From: Rhodobacterales bacterium
Lineage (GTDB): Bacteria > Pseudomonadota > Alphaproteobacteria > Rhodospirillales > JACKKN01
NCBI GenBank assembly: GCA_020446745.1
Contig: JAGREA010000394.1
Coordinates: 1-34,924, forward strand
Direction: 5' to 3'
Length of the DNA stretch: 34,924 nucleotides
The translations under genes and the position numbers were made by a program. Positions 24,409 through 34,924 of this stretch are shown here, piece by piece; within the stretch, counting starts at the first letter, position 1, and every line of letters starts with the position of its first letter. The notes beneath the pieces were generated by a model. The model did not search any database. It was not told where the DNA came from and saw nothing but the letters and a program-made list of their open reading frames with translations.

Positions 24409-25205
24409 GCGGATTCGACTTCGACGCGGATCTCGCTCAGGCCGACGATGTCGGCGATTTCCCGCAGGCGCTTGATCAGGGGCAGGCTGAGCTTGGCCCC
24501 CTTGGCCAGCATCAGCGTGCCCTTCTTGCTGAGGATGTTTTCAGCCAGTACCGCCCCTTCGGGCACCGCGTCCACCTTCACGCGGATGGTGCCGTCGTCC
24601 TCCTCTTCGGGCGGCGCGTCCGCCTCGGCTTCCGGTTCGCCACCTTCGACGGCCGGACCGGCGGCCTGGATCGCCGCCGCCCTGGCCTTGTTGTCGAACA
24701 GGCTTTCGGGCGGCGCCACGGCCAGGTAGTCCTCGGGCGTCTTCAGGTCCAGCCGACAGCGCAGGGAGTCCAGGATCTTTTCCGCCAGGATGGCCTTGGT
24801 CACCGGCTTGGTGACGAAGCCGTTGACGTCCAGGTTCAGGGCCGCGGCCACCAGGGGGTCCTCGTTGAAGCCGGTCAGCATGATCACCGGCAGGTCGCGG
24901 CGCACGCCGGTGCGCCCGGTGCGGATCATGCGCAAAAGCTGCAGTCCGTTGACACCGGGCATGTTGAAGTCGGTGATCACGCAGGACAGGGTCTTGGGTT
25001 CCACCGTCATCTTGTCCATGGGCGGCAGGGACCCGTCGGTGGGAAAGGCGTGGGTCAGCACCACGCCCAGCTCGAACAGGGCTTTCACGCCATCCTCGGC
25101 CTCGATCAGGTGGGCGCCGGCCATGTCCGCCAGCACCGTGACGACGATGCGTCGCACGAAGGGATGGTCGTCGGCGATCAGGACTCGGATCGATTGGTGG
25201 GGCAT
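24405..25205 (-). CDS. Response regulator: REC (with a ~20-aa insertion before the phospho-acceptor strand) + acidic/Pro-rich linker + ~55-aa uncharacterised C-terminal module
   Basis: REC: VLIADDHPFVRR, SCVITDFNMPGVNG, VIMLTGF, NGFVTKP. C-terminus: IRVKVDAVPEGAVLAENILSKKGTLMLAKGAKLSLPLIKRLREIADIVGLSEIRVE. The stop overlaps the convergent oxidase gene's stop. Confidence 0.85.
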   Translation of the reverse strand: MPHQSIRVLIADDHPFVRRIVVTVLADMAGAHLIEAEDGVKALFELGVVLTHAFPTDGSLPPMDKMTVEPKTLSCVITDFNMPGVNGLQLLRMIRTGRTGVRRDLPVIMLTGFNEDPLVAAALNLDVNGFVTKPVTKAILAEKILDSLRCRLDLKTPEDYLAVAPPESLFDNKARAAAIQAAGPAVEGGEPEAEADAPPEEEDDGTIRVKVDAVPEGAVLAENILSKKGTLMLAKGAKLSLPLIKRLREIADIVGLSEIRVEVESA

Positions 25206-25224
25206 TGGTGTTCTCGTTCGTTCG

Positions 25225-29656
<4,432 letters not shown>

Positions 29657-29664
<8 letters not shown>

Positions 29665-30949
29665 GCCCGGCCAGGTATTCTAGGGTCCAGTCGGCGACGT
29701 CCGCGGCCGGCATGGGCTTGGCGATCAGGAAACCCTGGGCGACATCGCAGCCCAGCTCCGAAATCAGATCCAAATGGCTTTGAGTTTCAACGCCTTCAGC
29801 AACTGTCTTTAATTTCAAATCGAGGGCCAGGCGCAGGCTGTTTTCCAGGATCGCCCGCGACCGGGTGTCGTTCACGGCGTCCAGCACGAACCCCTTGTCC
29901 AGCTTCAGTTCGTGGAACGGCAGGCCCTTGAGCTGTTCCAGGGACGAATAGCCGGTGCCGAAGTCATCGATCGACAGCTTGAACTTGTTCATGCGCAGCC
30001 GGGTCATGATTTCCAGCAGCTTGGTGCCGTCGGTCGTCAGGGCGGATTCCGTCAGTTCCAGGGTGACGTTGTGGTTGGGCACGTCGTGTTCGGCGCACAG
30101 GGCGTTCAGGTGGTCCAGGGCATCCAGTTCTTCCAGCAGGTAGGCCGAAATGTTGATGGCGACGCCCAGGTCCAGTCCGGCCTGGCGCCAGGAGCCGCAC
30201 ATCCTGATGCTTTCCGACGTGACGAAGCGGGTCAGGGACTTGATCAGGCCGTTCTGTTCGGCCACGCCGATGAAGGCCACGGGCGGCACCAGGCCCAGGT
30301 CCGGATGGCGCAGGCGCAGCAGGGCCTCGAACCCGGTCACCTGGCGGGAACTGGTGGCGATCTGCGGCTGGTACCAGACCTCGAAGCACTGCTCCACCAT
30401 CATGTGGGCGATTTCGTCGGCCGAAAGCTGGGGCAACTGGGACCGGGCCGACGTTTCCGTGGACTGCAGCAGGCCCACGTCGTCCAGCACGCCCCGCAGC
30501 CGTTCCAGGGACACGGGCTTGGGCAGCACGGCGGCCACGTCCAGGCGGTGGCTCTTGCCCAGCCGCTGGGCGGCCTGCAGCACCTCGTTCTCCTCGCCGC
30601 TGACCAGCACGATGGGGATGTCGGCCCGGTGCTCGGACAGCCAGCGCAGGAACGACAGGCCGTCCTCCTGGGGCATGCTCAGGTCGCAGAAGATGATGTC
30701 GGGGCGCTCGGATGCGTCAAGCTTCTGGCGGGCGTCCAGGCCGTTTTCGGCCGTCACGACGCGCCGGATGCCCAGCTTGCGCAACATCCGTTCCACGGCC
30801 ACGCGGATGAACGGGTGGTCGTCGATGACCAGGACATCCAGGGGCCGTCTTGTGCCGGCATCCGCCATATCTTGATCGTCACACACGAGAAGTTCTTTCT
30901 GGCTTGACATGTGCAAAAGGGGGCTCGCTGCTTCGGGGGAGGCTCTCAT
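29657..30949 (-). CDS. Response regulator: REC + canonical EAL domain (c-di-GMP phosphodiesterase type)
   Basis: REC: VLVIDDHPFIR, DIIFCDLSMPQEDG, VLPKP. EAL motifs are intact: YQPQI, FEALLRLRHP, INISA, LELTES, DDFGTGYSSL, ELKLDKGF, AEGVET, QGF. The start is uncertain (ATG 30949, 30910 or 30868, none with a good SD). Confidence 0.88.
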
Positions 30950-30961
30950 ACAGTGTTCTTG

Positions 30962-30984
30962 TTAGAATTAACATAAAATTCTAA
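30962..30984. promoter_or_regulatory. Perfect inverted repeat TTAGAATT-N7-AATTCTAA
   Basis: Read directly. Lies in the AT-rich divergent spacer, 13 nt upstream of the most upstream candidate start of the REC-EAL gene. Confidence 0.4.
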
Positions 30985-31033
30985 ATGTTGGTACATCTGA
31001 TCGTAGGCAGTTGAAACGAAAATCGTATTTCTG

Positions 31034-31052
31034 TTGTTTCATGATGAAACAA
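31034..31052. promoter_or_regulatory. Perfect inverted repeat TTGTTTCAT-g-ATGAAACAA, flanked by TTGAAAC direct repeats
   Basis: Read directly. TTGAAAC also occurs at 31011-31017 and 31053-31059. AATCGTATTT is repeated at 31021-31030 and 31115-31124. Confidence 0.4.
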
Positions 31053-31242
31053 TTGAAACATAAGAACCGACACGCCATGCGCGAATCAACGATCTATTGA
31101 GTTTTCCGAAATATAATCGTATTTTCTTCTTGAGGGCTCTATAGAACGAGAACGGACGGCTCCTGAAAGCGCCAAGCCGAGAGAGCTCATTTGTCGTGGC
31201 CGCGTCCCATCGGGCGAAGACCCGAAGCACGGTCACCCTTGA

Positions 31243-31764
31243 ATGCCAAGGCTCTTGAGGCAAAGGACATCGGTTTTGAGACCCCCTCCCCTGCCCATCA
31301 ACGAACCCGGTCGCCTGAGCGTGCTCCACGCCCTGGACCAGCTCGACTCCCTGCAGGAAGAGCGCTTCGACCGCTTCACGCGAATCGCGAAAAACTACTT
31401 CGACGTACCCATTGCATTGATCACGCTGGTTGATCACGAACGCCAGTGGTTCAAGTCCTGCTATGGCCTGGATTCCCGCGAAACGCGGCGGGACATTTCG
31501 TTCTGCGGCCATGCGATCCTCAGCGACGAGGTGCTTTTCGTTTCCGACGCCCGGCAGGATCCACGGTTCAAGGCGAACCCGCTGGTGGTGGGCCCGCCGG
31601 GGATCCGCTTCTACGCCGGTGCGCCGCTGCGCATCGAACACAACATCCGCGTCGGCACCCTGTGCGTCATCGACCGCATTCCGCGGATCGTGCCCGTGGG
31701 CGGGTTCGAGGTGCTGGAAGACCTGGCGGCCTGCGTGGTGCGCGAACTGCGACTGCCCGCCTGA
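31243..31764 (+). CDS. Stand-alone GAF-domain protein (173 aa)
   Basis: PINEPGRLSVLHALDQLDSLQEERFDRFTRIAKNYFDVPIALITLVDHERQWFKSCYGLD...ISFCGHAIL...FVSDARQDPRFKANPLV...IRFYAGAPL...VGTLCVIDRIPR is the GAF type usually found N-terminal to signalling output domains. The start has no clear SD. Confidence 0.8.
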   Translation: MPRLLRQRTSVLRPPPLPINEPGRLSVLHALDQLDSLQEERFDRFTRIAKNYFDVPIALITLVDHERQWFKSCYGLDSRETRRDISFCGHAILSDEVLFVSDARQDPRFKANPLVVGPPGIRFYAGAPLRIEHNIRVGTLCVIDRIPRIVPVGGFEVLEDLAACVVRELRLPA

Positions 31765-31769
31765 CCGGC

Positions 31770-32771
31770 TCAGGGTTCCCGCCAGGTACCCGTGGCGGCC
31801 GAGGCGAACAGGGCCTCCACCACCCGCATGTTGGCCACCGCGTCCTCCAGGGGATGGGCCAGGGGCGCCGCGCCCCGCACGGCGCGGGCGAAGGCCTCGC
31901 CCTGCAGGGTGTACTGGTCGCAGGGGTCGATCCATTCCTCGGTCACCGACGATCCGTCCCGCGCCCCCGTGGGGTCGAGGAACAGGCGCGTGGCGCCGCC
32001 GGCCGGGGCGTTGAAGGGGATCTCCACCTCGATGCGACCGGCCGTGCCCAGCACCTGCACCCGCTGGAACGGCACCAGGCGGGTGGAACAGGTGAACTGG
32101 GCCTGGCCGCCGTCGAAGTCCAGGATGGCGCTGGACAGGCGGTCGGTGCCGAAGTCCGGGTCCCGCTCCACCAGGGCCACCACCCGGCGCGGTTCGGCGC
32201 CGAACAGGTAGCGGGCCACGACGACGGGGTAGACGCCGATGTCGTACAGTGCCCCGCCCCCCGTTTCCATGCGGTTGCGGATGTTGGCCGCATCGGTGTT
32301 GTGATAGGAGAACGCCGCCTGCACCGCCCGCAGGTCGCCGATGACCCCCTGCCCCACCAGGTCGCGCACCCGGTGCCACTGGGGATGGTGGCGCACCATG
32401 AAGGCCTCGGCCACCACCACGCCCGTGCGGTCGCGGGCGGCCAGCAGTTCCTCGGCCTCGGCCACGGTCAGCGACAGGGGCTTCTCGCACAGCACGTGCT
32501 TGCCCTTCTCGGCCGCCTTGATGGACCAGGGCACGTGCAGGTGGTTGGGCAGCGGGTTGTAGACGGCCTCCACCTCGGGGTCGTCCAGCAGCGCCTCGTA
32601 GCTGTCGTAGTGGCGGGCGAAGCCCAGGTCGGCGGCGGCCCGGGCCGCCCGGTCCCCGTCGCGGGACGCGATGGCCGCCAGGGCGCACAGGGGGCTGGCG
32701 GCCAGGGCCGGGATCACCTGCTGCAGGCCGATCTTCGCCGTGCTGAGGACGCCCCATTGGACGGGTTTCAT
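31770..32771 (-). CDS. Gfo/Idh/MocA-family NAD(P)-dependent oxidoreductase (333 aa)
   Basis: Internal ATG 32771 (ATGA overlap with the LacI stop). MKPVQWGVLSTAKIGLQQVIPAL, AVYNPLPNHLHVPWSIKAAEKGKHVLCEKPL (EKP motif). Confidence 0.88.
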   Translation of the reverse strand: MKPVQWGVLSTAKIGLQQVIPALAASPLCALAAIASRDGDRAARAAADLGFARHYDSYEALLDDPEVEAVYNPLPNHLHVPWSIKAAEKGKHVLCEKPLSLTVAEAEELLAARDRTGVVVAEAFMVRHHPQWHRVRDLVGQGVIGDLRAVQAAFSYHNTDAANIRNRMETGGGALYDIGVYPVVVARYLFGAEPRRVVALVERDPDFGTDRLSSAILDFDGGQAQFTCSTRLVPFQRVQVLGTAGRIEVEIPFNAPAGGATRLFLDPTGARDGSSVTEEWIDPCDQYTLQGEAFARAVRGAAPLAHPLEDAVANMRVVEALFASAATGTWREP

Positions 32772-33796
32772 GGCAGGTTCTCCCGCAGGAAGACCTCCAC
32801 CCGCGGCATCACCGGGGGCGCCGGCGCGTCGGCCAGGTGGTGGTCCACCAGCAGGCGCAGGGCCTCGCGGGCCTCGAAGGTCGGGTTCTGGTCGATGATG
32901 GCGTCGATGGTGCCGTCGATGAGGTACGGCCGGGTGTAGCGGTGCAGGTCGTGGCCGATCAGCACCACGTCCTGGCCGCGGCCGCTTTCCTTCACCGCCC
33001 CGGCGACGCCGCGGATGCCGGCGCCGATGCAGTAGATGCCGCACAGGTCGCCGTGGCGGGCCAGGGCCTGGGCGGTGACCCGGTGGGCCTCCTCGAAATG
33101 GTCGTGGGTCTGCCAGCGGCCGGCCACCTCCAGGTGGGGGAACTGCTCGCGCAGGGCGTCGCAGAAGCCCAGCTCGCGCTCCTGGTGGTCGCGGTACGAC
33201 AGGTTCAGGCTGCCCTCCATCACCGCCACGGGGCCCGTGCGCCCGGCCAGGAAGCGGCCCATCAGGTAGCCCGCCGTGCGCCCGGCCGAGCGGTTGTTCA
33301 GCCCCACGTAGCCGATGGCCCGAGAGCCCGACAGGTTGGCCACCACGGTGACCACCGGCACCCCGGCGGCGGTCACGTCGTTCACCGCCTCGCGCACCAC
33401 CGGGTTTTCCAGGGCGACGATGGCCAGGCCGTTGGACCGCGCGCCGATGCGGCGGATGGACTCCGCCAGCACCTGGGGGTCGAAGCCGTCCACCCGGTGG
33501 CACCGGGTGCGCACGCCCAGGGGGGCGAAGGCCCCGGCGGCGTCCAGCGACGCCTGTTCCAGCAGCGCCATGAAGGTGTTGGGGCCGCCCGGCAGGATGA
33601 AGTCCATCACCAGGTTGCGGCGCAGGGTCTCGCCGCCGATGCCGTTGCGGGTTTCCAGCAGGCGCAGGGCGTCCCACACCCGCTGGGCCGTGCGCGGGCT
33701 GACCCCGGAGCGGTCGTTCAGCACCCGGTCGACGGTGGCGATGCCCACCCCGGCCTCGCGGGCGATGTCGGTCTGGCGCACCTTACCGCGCGGCAT
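32768..33796 (-). CDS. LacI-family transcriptional regulator
   Basis: Internal ATG 33796. HTH: VRQTDIAREAGVGIATVDRVLNDRSGVSPRTAQRV. A periplasmic-binding-protein-like sugar-binding core follows. The upstream 30 codons of the track ORF are unlikely to be coding. Confidence 0.85.
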   Translation of the reverse strand: MPRGKVRQTDIAREAGVGIATVDRVLNDRSGVSPRTAQRVWDALRLLETRNGIGGETLRRNLVMDFILPGGPNTFMALLEQASLDAAGAFAPLGVRTRCHRVDGFDPQVLAESIRRIGARSNGLAIVALENPVVREAVNDVTAAGVPVVTVVANLSGSRAIGYVGLNNRSAGRTAGYLMGRFLAGRTGPVAVMEGSLNLSYRDHQERELGFCDALREQFPHLEVAGRWQTHDHFEEAHRVTAQALARHGDLCGIYCIGAGIRGVAGAVKESGRGQDVVLIGHDLHRYTRPYLIDGTIDAIIDQNPTFEAREALRLLVDHHLADAPAPPVMPRVEVFLRENLP

Positions 33797-34026
33797 GGCG
33801 GGGCCCCGCGGGATCGGACATCGAAGATGACGGCGAGTCGGGCATGATGGGAGACGATACCTCGGTTTGAGGGGAAAAACAATCAATCAAAACCCATCAA
33901 TATGAACGTTTGATTCCGCTTAATTAGGGGTTTCTGATCCAACGAAATCTTGGGTTTCAATGATTCCAGGGACTTACGATCCCCCGGATCGGCCGGCCTG
34001 GGTTGATGTGTTTTGCAATTGACGAT

Positions 34027-34062
34027 TGATGGACTCTCCATCATCATATTGGGACTCTCCCA
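34027..34062. promoter_or_regulatory. Two related dyads: TGATGGA-CTC-TCCATCA (34027-34043) and TGGGA-CTC-TCCCA (34050-34062)
   Basis: Read directly. They lie 49-84 nt upstream of the xylB ATG, within the LacI-xylB divergent spacer. Confidence 0.35.
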
Positions 34063-34110
34063 TCAAACGTGGAGGGCGCCAAAACCGTACCGGCGGAGGG
34101 GTCGTTCAGG

Positions 34111-34924
<814 letters not shown>

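Overview
High-GC (clearly above 60% G+C) bacterial chromosomal segment. Protein similarities look proteobacterial, probably alphaproteobacterial, but that placement is inference only. I support 26 protein-coding genes and no rRNA, tRNA, CRISPR array, transposase, integrase or phage gene. Gene order: (1) distal part of a urease operon, ureC (5'-truncated), ureE, ureF, ureG. (2) A SulP/SLC26 anion transporter carrying a STAS domain and a C-terminal cyclic-nucleotide-binding domain. (3) A minus-strand operon: soluble multi-PAS/GAF histidine kinase, then a REC protein with a degenerate GGDEF/EAL-like C-terminus, then a REC-HD-GYP phosphodiesterase. (4) A LysR-centred divergent catabolic locus. LysR is translationally coupled to a type III CoA-transferase and a short citrate-synthase-like (citryl-CoA-lyase-type) protein. 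On the opposite strand lies a family-5 (Dpp/Opp-type) ABC importer with an enolase-superfamily gene between its two permease genes, followed by a three-gene HcnABC/opine-oxidase-like flavoenzyme. (5) A second minus-strand signalling operon: REC-EAL, then a Cache/PAS hybrid kinase with pseudo-receiver, receiver and HPt domains, then a REC protein with an uncharacterised C-terminal module. (6) A stand-alone GAF protein, a Gfo/Idh/MocA oxidoreductase, a LacI-family regulator and the 5' part of xylulokinase, which runs off the window and is missing from the ORF track. Most long ORFs in the track that lie antisense to these genes are GC-driven shadow ORFs. I found no recognisable defence or mobile system. 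The most unusual content is the substrate-unknown catabolic locus at 11.7-24.4 kb. Next is the density of two-component modules coupled to c-di-GMP degradation or sensing, with no intact diguanylate cyclase in the window. Four small AT-rich, repeat-bearing intergenic regions are also notable. All domain calls are by-eye motif recognition and were not checked against any database.
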